Part shown: positions 29,340 to 38,603 of the stretch, one piece after another | Layout of the letters: every line of letters starts with the position of its first letter | Numbering within the stretch: position 1 is the stretch's first letter | Assembly (NCBI GenBank): GCA_020633415.1 | Contig: JACKDQ010000001.1 | Span: 582,723-646,722, forward strand | Length of the DNA: 64,000 nt | From: Deltaproteobacteria bacterium | GTDB taxonomy: Bacteria; Myxococcota_A; Polyangia; GCA-2747355 | Direction of reading: 5' to 3' | Made by a program: the position numbers and the translations under genes | Notes under the pieces: generated by a model | Databases searched by the model: none | What the model was told of the DNA's origin: nothing | The model's input: the letters and a program-made list of their open reading frames with translations, nothing else

Positions 29340-29522
29340 CCTCTGGTCTGTCGACGATTCACTTTTCGTACCAAGCGACCACGGCGAAAATACTTGGCGA
29401 AACAGCTGGCAGCTTGAGCAAGCGCTCTGCGAGACGGCAGTTGGCTGGCTCTGTGGAATCGTGCGTCGTGCGATTTGTCGCTGGCGATAGAGGGTGTCCC
29501 CGCAGGGCGAGCGCTCGGCAGC

Positions 29523-30350
29523 TTACTCAGCACCCGATGCGGTGGGCAGTGTCGCCGGCAGGGCAGCGAGCACACGGCGCTCCAGATCGATCACGTACTG
29601 GATTTGATCGTCGGGGATCTCGGTGCAAGCGTTGAGCACAGCGAGATAATCAGCCTTGTCAGGCATCGTCGTGTTGCTGCTGCCGTAGATCGTTTGGCGC
29701 AAGTGCTTGACGTAGGCAAGCTCGTATTTCTTGGCAGGGATCAGCACCGCCGAGCGAGAGGCGAGGTACAGTCGCGTGAAGGCCGAACTGCGATCGCCGA
29801 TGTGCTCGGCTTGGAAGGTCTCGATCCGCTCGTGGCGGTCTTTGAGCGAGGTGTAGCTCGCGCCGTCTTCGGGCGTTGTACTCATCGCGACGTTGTGGTT
29901 GTGAGCCATTCCGAGATAGCTATAGCTGAAATAGTAGGTTAGCTCGGGTGTGCCGTCTTTATTGGAATCGACTGGGATGCTGAAGCGATATTCACGCTTG
30001 CCATCTTTGTCTGAGCCCGACATGCCGGCGAATAGGTAACGTAAGGCGGTTTGTCCGCCGGACAGATCGGCAAACAGCCAAAAGCCGGTGTCGTCGAAAA
30101 GCATCAGCAGACGACCTTGCATCGTGGGGTGGGTTGCCCAGAGTGCATCGAACATCTTCCCGTCGCCGTATGTGGGCCGCGTGGCGTCGTTGGCCAGCAC
30201 GGCGTCGACGCACTTGATGTAGGGCGCATAGCCGGTCGGCGTTTGGGCGCTCGTCGCCTTGTGCCGCTCGGCGCGGTTGTCGACGCCTTCTAGCGGCGGC
30301 TGGCCACAGGCAAGCAAGGTAAAGCTGGCGATGATCATGAAGTAGCGCAT
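29523..30350 (-). CDS. Hypothetical lipoprotein
   Basis: Start at MRYFMIIASFTLLAC. Same strand and directly downstream of the ArsA-like pair. Confidence 0.45.
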   Translation of the reverse strand: MRYFMIIASFTLLACGQPPLEGVDNRAERHKATSAQTPTGYAPYIKCVDAVLANDATRPTYGDGKMFDALWATHPTMQGRLLMLFDDTGFWLFADLSGGQTALRYLFAGMSGSDKDGKREYRFSIPVDSNKDGTPELTYYFSYSYLGMAHNHNVAMSTTPEDGASYTSLKDRHERIETFQAEHIGDRSSAFTRLYLASRSAVLIPAKKYELAYVKHLRQTIYGSSNTTMPDKADYLAVLNACTEIPDDQIQYVIDLERRVLAALPATLPTASGAE

Positions 30351-30519
30351 GGGATCCTCCGCCGATGAATTCAGCAAGACACGTGCCGCAGCGCTGGCGC
30401 AAAATGCGCAACGGTTCTGCATAATCGAACAGTGATCAGTGGCGAGAGTTGCTTCCGCAGCTGTGTTTCAGGAGGGTCGCTGTGGCGTGTGGCGCGGGGG
30501 CCCTGCCCGTGGCGTGACG

Positions 30520-31665
30520 CTATGCCGTCTGCTGCGGCGCCGCGCGATGGTGGCTGTCGAGCAACAGCGTGGTCAGATGCGCGAGTCCTGCGAGACCATC
30601 TGCAAGATCACCGAGTAGCGGAAGATCGCAGACGCAGGCGTCGCCAGCTTCCTGCCGCAATCGATCAAGCGCCGCGACGTCGCGCATCGCGTGCGCCTGT
30701 TCCGCCTCAGCCAAAGGTCGAAGGCGCGCGACGAGCTCGGCCGAAAGCTCGTGCCCGTTGGTGTCAATCAGTCGGTCGGGTACGCTCCAGTCGGCGAAGC
30801 GAGCCCGGCTTTGATTGAGGATGTAGCCACAAAATGGCAAGCCGCGCGCGACAACCTGCTGACGGAAGAGCATCGCTTCTTGAAGTAGTTCCTCGACAGG
30901 AGAGGTCACCATAAGAAACGCCGATTCGCGACTCGCCAGCACGCGGCGCATCTCGGTCACGTCGCTTTCGAACGTGCTGAACACGCCGGTGAACTGAGCG
31001 AGAAAGGCCATCAAGTTGGTGGCGAAGCGCTTGCCGGCCAGGGTCCTGAGGACAAAGCCGACGAGGCGGGCGGCGGCACCACGCAACACGCCACGACGCG
31101 CTGGCGCAAACGCGCTAAACACGCGGCTTTCGAAAAACGCCACCATCCGCGCCGGTGCGTCGAGGAAATCGAGCGCATGTCGTGCGGGCGGCGTGTCGAC
31201 GATCACCAGATCGTATCGTCGTTCGTTGACGAAGCCGAATAGCGCTTTCATCGCGGTGTATTCGTGCATCCCGGCAGCCATCGCACTGAGTTGCCGGTAG
31301 ATCGGATTTTCCAGAAACGACTGAGCAAGCCGTTCGTCGGCGATGACTGACCGGACCGTATCGTCGGCCACGCGCATCGGGTCGAGCATCCAGGCCTCAA
31401 CGCGGGCCGTGGGCGGCAACTGCAAGGCTTCGAGAGCCGCCGCGGGTAGTGGCACAGGACAACGCGGGCCCTGGTCGACCCCCAATACTTCTGCCAAACG
31501 GCGGGAGGGATCGATCGTCATCACCAAGACGCGTCGTCCGAGCCGGGCAGCCGCCAGCGCCAACGCCACGGAGACCGTCGTCTTGCCAACGCCACCTGTG
31601 CCGCAGCTGACGATCACCTGTCGGCTGGCTAGCAGCTCCGCTATCGAGTCCACGTCAACCGTCAC
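30520..31665 (-). CDS. ArsA/Get3-family P-loop ATPase (copy 1)
   Basis: Deviant Walker A SCGTGGVGKTTVSVALA and a DTPPARHALDFL switch region. Its start overlaps the upstream gene's stop by 4 bp. Confidence 0.75.
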   Translation of the reverse strand: MTVDVDSIAELLASRQVIVSCGTGGVGKTTVSVALALAAARLGRRVLVMTIDPSRRLAEVLGVDQGPRCPVPLPAAALEALQLPPTARVEAWMLDPMRVADDTVRSVIADERLAQSFLENPIYRQLSAMAAGMHEYTAMKALFGFVNERRYDLVIVDTPPARHALDFLDAPARMVAFFESRVFSAFAPARRGVLRGAAARLVGFVLRTLAGKRFATNLMAFLAQFTGVFSTFESDVTEMRRVLASRESAFLMVTSPVEELLQEAMLFRQQVVARGLPFCGYILNQSRARFADWSVPDRLIDTNGHELSAELVARLRPLAEAEQAHAMRDVAALDRLRQEAGDACVCDLPLLGDLADGLAGLAHLTTLLLDSHHRAAPQQTA

Positions 31666-32651
31666 GCTGTCGGCTCGCCGTCGATCGCCGCTGCGATCTG
31701 GGCAACGAGGTCTGCCGTTGCGAATTCCGGCACCACGCGGATCGGATAGCGTGTATCTGCACGCAGTCGCGCGATGGCGCGGCTCGCTTTGCCGATTCGG
31801 TCCAAAGTCTCGGCGCCGAGCAGCTGTCCGTTGCTGAGCGCGGCGCGCAAAAGCTCTGCTTCCTGGTGCGTGAACAGATTTTCTGTCACTCGATTGACAA
31901 AGATGCCGCCGACAGCCGTGTCGCTTTGCTCGAGGCCAGCGATCAGTTCGATCGTCTCGCTAACCGGGAGCTGATCGGCAAGGGTCACCACCAGTGCGCG
32001 GGTCATCTGTGGGTCGTTGAAGCAGCGCTGCCCTTCTTCGATCACGCGTGCGATGGGGCCGCGCTGAAAGAGTTTCTTGATCACCTTCGGCAGGCTGGTG
32101 AGCGCCAGTGCGTGACCGGTAGCCGGCATGTCGACGATGATCTTGTCGTATCGGGCACGCCCGCTATCGTCTTGCTTTTGCACCAGGCTGAGCAAGTGAT
32201 AATAGATGCCGAGCTCTCGACAAGACGGCGCGAAGCGGAGAAACCCCTGGATGGCGTCGCTATCGAAGATGCGCCGAACGAGGCGCTTGCTTCGCAGGGT
32301 CCGCGCGGCGAACAGCTCCTGACCGACTTGCGCCAAGAGGATCACGCCGTGGATATTCGGCAGCAACAGCGTCTCCTCGCGCGGTAGTTGGTGTCTGCCG
32401 AACAGGCCGGCGAGCGGAGAGTAGTCGTCGCCGGGGATCCCGATCTCGGTGACCAGCGCCCTATGCCCTCGAGCGGCGATAGCACGCGCTAGCGCTGCCA
32501 CGACGGTGGTCTTACCGACACCGCCTTTGCCGGTGACGAAGATCACGCGTGCAGCTAGCGCAAAATCGAGCACAGTTGAGGATACGGAGATTTTCGCCGC
32601 AGGTAAACGTTTGTCGACGCGCTTGAGCGGCGCGTCGATCGAGCGACGCAC
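31662..32651 (-). CDS. ArsA/Get3-family P-loop ATPase (copy 2)
   Basis: Walker A VTGKGGVGKTTVVAALA and DMPATGHALALTSL, in tandem with copy 1 on the same strand. Confidence 0.75.
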   Translation of the reverse strand: MRRSIDAPLKRVDKRLPAAKISVSSTVLDFALAARVIFVTGKGGVGKTTVVAALARAIAARGHRALVTEIGIPGDDYSPLAGLFGRHQLPREETLLLPNIHGVILLAQVGQELFAARTLRSKRLVRRIFDSDAIQGFLRFAPSCRELGIYYHLLSLVQKQDDSGRARYDKIIVDMPATGHALALTSLPKVIKKLFQRGPIARVIEEGQRCFNDPQMTRALVVTLADQLPVSETIELIAGLEQSDTAVGGIFVNRVTENLFTHQEAELLRAALSNGQLLGAETLDRIGKASRAIARLRADTRYPIRVVPEFATADLVAQIAAAIDGEPTA

Positions 32652-32853
32652 CGAGGGCTTCAGATATGCTTGGCGCGGGCGATCTCGTCGCGACTACTCG
32701 ACCGGTGTGACCTCGGATGCGCGCAAGCCCTCGCGCGCGTAGCTGAGCTGTTGATCGCGGACGATTTTCAGATACGCTTGTGTCGGCGATCATCGCCGCA
32801 GCTCAACGAGGATTGAAACAATCGCCGGCCCCAACGAGACATACGACGTAGCG

Positions 32854-34317
32854 GTGATCGGCAGCGGGATGGGCGGATCGTCCGCCGCAGCGGTTCTCGC
32901 TCACGCGGGTCTGCGGGTACTGCTGCTCGAAAAGAATCCTCGCCTCGGCGGGTCGTGCTCGTACTATCAAAAGCATGGCTTTCGCATCGACTTTGGCACG
33001 CACATGTTCAGCCGTGGTCCACGTGGACCGATCGGCGAGGTGCAGCGCCGGATCGGTCTGTCGGCTGAGCAGCAAGTGCGTTTCGTTCGCGCGCCAACTA
33101 TCTGTCAAGTGCGTGGGCTGCCCAAGCCGCTGGTGGTCCCGGCGTCGCCCTGGCGTCTGCCGGCCTTTGCCATCGATCTGATCCGCACGCTCAGACTGAG
33201 TCCACGCGAGGTCTTCGATAGCGGCCGGCTGTTCGCCGCGATGTTTACGATGACGGAGGCCGAAATCGCAGTCTGGGATCGGCGGACCATCGAACAATTC
33301 ATCTTGCGCTACACCGACAACCCACGGCTGATTGGGCTGCTGGGCTTACTTTTGGGCCTATACTTCGTGCTGCCGTTTTGGACGGTCTCCGCCGGCGAAG
33401 CGATCTGGTGCTTCAGACAGATGGTGCGCGACAACTACGTCTCCTACCCGCTCGGTGGATCGTCGGCGATTCCGCAGCGCTTGTGCGACGCCGCGGTGAG
33501 TCACGGCGCAACGATCCGATGCAACGCTGAGGTGGTCCGCATCGAACCTGCTGGCGGCGATCGACGGGCCCGTATCGCGACGCGCCAGGGCGCACAATAC
33601 CAAGCGCGCGCGGTGGTCTGCACAACATCGCTCAAAGACCTGGTGCAGCGCTTGATCGGCGCGGAGCATTTCCCAGCGCGCTTTGCTAGCCGGGTCGACG
33701 GACTGCGCAGCTCTTACGTAGCGGTACAGTGCAAGATCGCCTTGCGCCGCAACTGTATCTCCCATGGATGCATCGTTGGTGCGGCCTCACGCGTGCCCGG
33801 TCTGAAGCCCCACCTGCTTTCGCTTGCCGACTACCGTCGGATCTTTGGCGAGCTCGAGCAGGGCTGTGTGCCATCGGTGATGCCACTCTACTGTCAGGTG
33901 CCGACTTTTTTCGATCCGTCCCTCGCACCAGTGGGGAGACAGCTGCTCAGCGTGTGCGGCGTGGCGCCAACGCTAGACGTTAGCTTGCAGCAACCGGAGC
34001 GGGTCTGGGCCGAGACGCTCTTGCAGGCGATCGATCAGCTGTTGCCCGAGACGCGGGGCGAGCGGCTGTTTATCGACACCATCAGCGTGAGATCGCTCGG
34101 CAGTTGGATCGGCAAGGTCAATGCGCCGGCGATCTCCACCGCGCAGACCACCGACCAAGTCGGTGCTCGGCGCCCAAGCGTGCGGCTACCCGTGCAGGGG
34201 ATTTACGCGGCGGGAGATGGCGCAGGCGGGCGAGGCGTGGGAACCGAGCTGGCGGTGGCCAGCGGGATGCTCGCCGCCGATGCCGTGCTCGAGGATCTGG
34301 CTCGGGCGCTGATCTGA
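32854..34317 (+). CDS. FAD-dependent oxidoreductase (phytoene-desaturase/CrtI-like family)
   Basis: N-terminal dinucleotide-binding motif IGSGMGGSSAAAVLAHAGLRVLLLEKNPRLGG and C-terminal GIYAAGDGAGGRGVG. The annotated GTG start truncates the beta1 strand (see findings). Confidence 0.7.
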   Translation: MIGSGMGGSSAAAVLAHAGLRVLLLEKNPRLGGSCSYYQKHGFRIDFGTHMFSRGPRGPIGEVQRRIGLSAEQQVRFVRAPTICQVRGLPKPLVVPASPWRLPAFAIDLIRTLRLSPREVFDSGRLFAAMFTMTEAEIAVWDRRTIEQFILRYTDNPRLIGLLGLLLGLYFVLPFWTVSAGEAIWCFRQMVRDNYVSYPLGGSSAIPQRLCDAAVSHGATIRCNAEVVRIEPAGGDRRARIATRQGAQYQARAVVCTTSLKDLVQRLIGAEHFPARFASRVDGLRSSYVAVQCKIALRRNCISHGCIVGAASRVPGLKPHLLSLADYRRIFGELEQGCVPSVMPLYCQVPTFFDPSLAPVGRQLLSVCGVAPTLDVSLQQPERVWAETLLQAIDQLLPETRGERLFIDTISVRSLGSWIGKVNAPAISTAQTTDQVGARRPSVRLPVQGIYAAGDGAGGRGVGTELAVASGMLAADAVLEDLARALI

Positions 34318-34330
34318 GCTGCGTCTCGAG

Positions 34331-35500
34331 TTAGCGCACTTGCTCGGCCGGCGTTGCATCGACGAGCAGCGCTTCGATGCGATCGCGCTGACGCCAGGCG
34401 TCGGCCTGGCCAAGCGCGATTAGCGCCCTGCAATAGTCGGGGACGAACATCAGATACGAGGCCAGCGCGCTGGTCGATTCCTCGGAACCCAAGCCGTGCA
34501 GCAGATGGCGCACCGTGCGCGGGATGCGATGAACATGGGAAGCGGCCAGTTCCCCGAGGTCCACCGAGGGGCTGATCCACACGGCGTCGATCGGCGAAAA
34601 CGCCGCCGCCGGCGCGTCGGTGGGCGACGCCGCGATGAAGCGATTGACGCGCTCGATGCGTTCAACATCGATCTCGATCGCGTCGAGCAGCACGGTATTG
34701 ACGAGCACGCCGGCGACTTGGCCGATCGACGGCGGCCCAGCTGCGCGGTGACGGGCTTCCTCAGCGGCACCCTTTTCGCGGCGCACCCCGACCGCGAGGA
34801 TCCGTCGCGCGCCCAACTGGATCGCTGGGCGCAGCGGCGCGGTGTTGCGAATCCCTCCGTCGGAGAAATAGCGTTCGCCGATCCGCACGGCGGGAAAGAA
34901 GATCGGAATCGCGCCCGAGGCCAAGACATGGTCGGCGCCGATCGTCGCCCGCTCGCTCACCCAAAGCGGCCGCTGCCAGAGCTTGAGGCTCGGGCCTGCC
35001 TGTACGAAGGTTACGCCGTTGGCCGTGTGCATATTTGTTGCCGAAACCGCCAACGCCTTGACCTGGCCAGCGTCGATCATCTCGCCGATCCGCGCAAAGG
35101 GCAGCTCGGTCTGAATCAACGCTCTCAACGGCGACGTGTCGAGCAACGACTGCACGCGGTTCGCCCGCATTAGGCCACCCAGCGAGAGGTCACGTACCCA
35201 GCGCAGTCCGATCGCCCCATAGGAGCGCAGATCGACGCGAAAGATTTGGCTGGTGGTCACCGATGACCAAAGCTCGACCAATTTGGTCACGGCGCCGGCA
35301 AAATCATCGGCGAAGGCAGTCAGCGCCGCGCAGTTGAGCGCGCCGGCGCTGGTGCCGGCGAAGATCGAAAACGGGCAGCGCTGACCCGACAGCTTGCCGA
35401 TCTCCACCACGCCGCGCAGCACGCCGGCTTGGTAGGCACCGCGTGCACCACCGGCCGAGAGCACCAGGGCGTTTTGATCGGCGCCAGGTAGGCGATCCAT
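34331..35500 (-). CDS. Patatin-like phospholipase
   Basis: Oxyanion/G-rich LVLSAGGARGAYQAGVL and the nucleophile elbow GTSAG. 389 aa. Confidence 0.8.
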   Translation of the reverse strand: MDRLPGADQNALVLSAGGARGAYQAGVLRGVVEIGKLSGQRCPFSIFAGTSAGALNCAALTAFADDFAGAVTKLVELWSSVTTSQIFRVDLRSYGAIGLRWVRDLSLGGLMRANRVQSLLDTSPLRALIQTELPFARIGEMIDAGQVKALAVSATNMHTANGVTFVQAGPSLKLWQRPLWVSERATIGADHVLASGAIPIFFPAVRIGERYFSDGGIRNTAPLRPAIQLGARRILAVGVRREKGAAEEARHRAAGPPSIGQVAGVLVNTVLLDAIEIDVERIERVNRFIAASPTDAPAAAFSPIDAVWISPSVDLGELAASHVHRIPRTVRHLLHGLGSEESTSALASYLMFVPDYCRALIALGQADAWRQRDRIEALLVDATPAEQVR

Positions 35501-35897
35501 GCAACCCTCCGCGGGCAGTGTATCGGCGTTTCGCTGTTGGCGCTAATGCGCATCAACGGCTGCGCGGCGAGCGGCAGCCAGCTCCCGCCCTTCACGTGGT
35601 GCGCAAGCTGCGATCGCATCCTAACCGCCAGCTCCGTCTGCGGGGCAGGCTGCAGCGCCTGCCTCGAGCAGACGACGCTCGGAGGGCATTGCGCCGCCCA
35701 GGCCATGCCGATACGCGGCGCGCGAACTGAGCTCAGTTCTCGTCGCTTTGCGATGGTGGCACTGACCGAAGCCGTTGACCGGGCCGCCGCATCGAAACGC
35801 TTTCGCTTTTTCGTTGGCTCGGAGCCAGCTATTCCCACGGTCAGTTGGCGCGCGATTTGCTCTGCAGGCGGCCTAGGGCCGAACAACGGAGGACGCC

Positions 35898-36638
35898 ATG
35901 GATCGATTCCGTCGCTTTAGTAACCGCACCGCAGGAGCGATTCCCTGTGTAACCATCATTGCGCTGTTGACGATGCCGGCCTGTGGAGCCCTCGAGCAAG
36001 ACGAGACCACCAAACAGAGCTCCGGCAAGACGGAAGCAGCTGCGACCCTCAAGCAGGCCGCCGAACAGCTGATCACCAGCATCGCGGAGCTGCGTTCACA
36101 CGACGCGTTCAAAGACATCACCGGGTTAAAACCGCTCGCTGCCGCCGAAGCCGAGGCGCTGACGCTCAATACCCTCGGCCAGCAGATGCAGGTCGTCGCC
36201 GCTGCCGCGCGCAGTACCAAGCCCGCCCTCGACGCGTTCAAGCGCTTTGAGCGGGCCGCAAAGGCGTTCGCACGGCTTCTCGAGACCAACGCTGACCAGA
36301 CGCTGGAAGGGGCAAGAGGCCGCTACGTCGACCTCAAATCGTGGATTGTCAAAGGCGACGTGGCTGCGTTGCCCCCGGAGTTCGACTCCGTCGAAGGCAT
36401 CTATCAGGCCTTCCAAGGCCGGAGCGCGCGGGCGCAGATCGACTGGGAAAATGTATTGCTCGATTTCTGCGGAACCATCGGGGCGGTCGCCGTGGTCACC
36501 GTCGGCGTATTGATCGTCGTCACCGCTATTCAGCTCATCTCACCCGAGGCGCACCCGCCGTCTGGAAACTACATTGCCATGGCCGCCGCCGGCGCGGTTC
36601 TCTGGGGAAGCATCACCTGCATCGCGCGGCGCGCCTGA
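35898..36638 (+). CDS. Hypothetical lipoprotein with a C-terminal membrane helix
   Basis: Lipobox LLTMPAC, an Ala-rich helical middle, and a C-terminal hydrophobic stretch. Confidence 0.4.
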   Translation: MDRFRRFSNRTAGAIPCVTIIALLTMPACGALEQDETTKQSSGKTEAAATLKQAAEQLITSIAELRSHDAFKDITGLKPLAAAEAEALTLNTLGQQMQVVAAAARSTKPALDAFKRFERAAKAFARLLETNADQTLEGARGRYVDLKSWIVKGDVAALPPEFDSVEGIYQAFQGRSARAQIDWENVLLDFCGTIGAVAVVTVGVLIVVTAIQLISPEAHPPSGNYIAMAAAGAVLWGSITCIARRA

Positions 36639-36766
36639 CGCGCGACGCCTCGGCCAGCCGCAGCGCCAGCCGAAAATGAACATCGCAGCCGCCTAGGGCA
36701 ACGCAGGTGTTGAACGCGAATTGCCCGACAAATAGCGCGCCGGTAGTGCACAAGATTCAAAATGAC

Positions 36767-38050
36767 TTACTTGTCGCTGAGCACGTCGCGCACGGCACGT
36801 TCGACGTCAGCCGGCGCGACACCTGCTTGTCGAACCACATGCTTGCCGCGGCGGTTGTAGATCCAAATCGCCGGTAGCTGGTTGACCCCGCTGAGATACG
36901 CTTGTGCCACGGGCGCGTCGAAACTTGGCACTTCGACGCGGTAGACCGCCAGCGGCTCCGTCTTCGCCAGACGGCGAAGCATTTTGTCGATCACCTTGCA
37001 CGGCGCACACCACTCGGCCCAAAAGTCGATCACCGCAACCCGCCCACCGGGGCGGATCTTGGCGAGCGAAAAGCTCTGTCCACCGCGTGCCAGGTCCCGG
37101 ACAAAGCCCGTTTGCGGTTGCGTCGGTGGTGCGGGTGTCGTCCCTTTGCGCTGCGCGATTGGCGTGCCCGTCGGTGCCGCGGCTGTCTCGTGTCGGACGG
37201 TCGCAGCGCCAGCTGGCAGCGATGTGGGGCTATTGCCTTGCCGCGAGCGCTTGCTCTTGTTTGGTTCGCCGAACCTGATGCTGACGGCAGCAAAGAGTGA
37301 AAAGCTCTGGGTAAGCTGCGTTCCATCGACGCTGGCAAAAAGCGGTAACCTGCCGCCCAAAGATAGCGCGACCCGCCCGAAATGAGCGGTCGCCTCGAGC
37401 TGACCATCAAGCCAATGTCCGCCCGAGTTAAGGAGTTGTCCCATGCCGAGCTCGTTGGCACGATCCTGATAGCGTGCAGCGAGGCGCGCGGCGAACAAAT
37501 AGCGTCGATACTGTGCGGCTAGTCCGAGCGAATATCCCAGCGAAAGACCGTAATTGACGCCCCCCGGCGAACGCGACAAGGGCAGCACCAGCGATAGATC
37601 GCCAAACAGGCTGAGGTAGCGCCAAAGGTGCTGGGAAACGCCGACCCGTGGCTGCAGGCTGAACGTCCCGAGACCGATCGTCAGCAGGTGCGGCGATACG
37701 GTGGCCGTGGCAGCTGGCGCGGTCGCTTGAGCGGCACCACTTGGTAGCCCAAGCCCGAGATCGAGGTCGACGCGCGGCCCCGCGGCAAGACGTCGTTGCC
37801 ACAGCCGAGAGAGGCGAAATCGACCCGAGAGCGAGAGATCGCCAATGCCGCTGATGTATTGCGCGACTTGGCCCGCTTCGCGGAAGCGGATCAGCGCGAT
37901 CGGCAAATCGATACTCGCCGAAAGGTCGTCGCTAAAATAGTGGCTTAGCTGGAACGCCGAGCGAAACAACTGCAGTTCGCTGTTTCCCGCTACGCGCTGA
38001 CTGCCGCTGAGGTGTCGCCCGGCGGCGAACACGCGCATGCTGTAGCTCAA
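36767..38050 (-). CDS. Thioredoxin-domain protein with an N-terminal beta-rich (OMP-like) domain
   Basis: C-terminal Trx fold with VIDFWAEWCAPCKVIDKML (WCxPC). The N-terminal ~280 aa are rich in alternating hydrophobic strands. No signal peptide at the annotated start (see finding). Confidence 0.6.
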   Translation of the reverse strand: MSYSMRVFAAGRHLSGSQRVAGNSELQLFRSAFQLSHYFSDDLSASIDLPIALIRFREAGQVAQYISGIGDLSLSGRFRLSRLWQRRLAAGPRVDLDLGLGLPSGAAQATAPAATATVSPHLLTIGLGTFSLQPRVGVSQHLWRYLSLFGDLSLVLPLSRSPGGVNYGLSLGYSLGLAAQYRRYLFAARLAARYQDRANELGMGQLLNSGGHWLDGQLEATAHFGRVALSLGGRLPLFASVDGTQLTQSFSLFAAVSIRFGEPNKSKRSRQGNSPTSLPAGAATVRHETAAAPTGTPIAQRKGTTPAPPTQPQTGFVRDLARGGQSFSLAKIRPGGRVAVIDFWAEWCAPCKVIDKMLRRLAKTEPLAVYRVEVPSFDAPVAQAYLSGVNQLPAIWIYNRRGKHVVRQAGVAPADVERAVRDVLSDK

Positions 38051-38603
38051 GTGCGTCGTTCCGGCTAAGGCGCCGTTACCGAGGCTGAGGTTTAGTGCTG
38101 ACCCTCCAACTGGAAGGTTAGGGCGAACTCAGGCCGTTCACAACGCACTGGCCGGTTGCGGGTTCCAAGAAAGTAGGGCCAATGCGAGCGGAAATATCAA
38201 GCGTGGGTTCATCAGCGGCAACCTAGCGAGTGGCGCGGGGCGATGCAACTCGATTCTCCACGCTGATCAAGACTGTCGTTGCCGCAGAGTCACGGACGAA
38301 CCTGCGAACATTGCCGCCGATCATCGCGCTGATACAGCTCTTCGACGATCTCTTGCTGATTGTCGAAAGGGTAGGTGATCACTCCGCAGCTCAGTGGCCA
38401 GGCGCGCGGCCGTTGCTTGGGGGCATTTGGCGAGACCTTACCGCAAACGCAGCGTGGACCACAGCTGCTCAACTGCGGCGCGCCATTCTTTCGGTAGCGG
38501 GAGGTTGTGCAGATCGTCGCGCAACTGAAACGGCGCTGACGCTCGGTAGCACGGTGGTAGGCGGCGGCCGACCGATGGCCGGCACGCCGTAGGTGTTGGG
38601 GGC

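Noticed and set aside
30520-32651. Calling the ArsA-like pair an arsenic-resistance operon
   Set aside because: No arsR, arsB, arsC or arsD is present in the flanking 10 kb. Half-size single-domain ArsA homologs are commonly non-arsenical (Get3-like).
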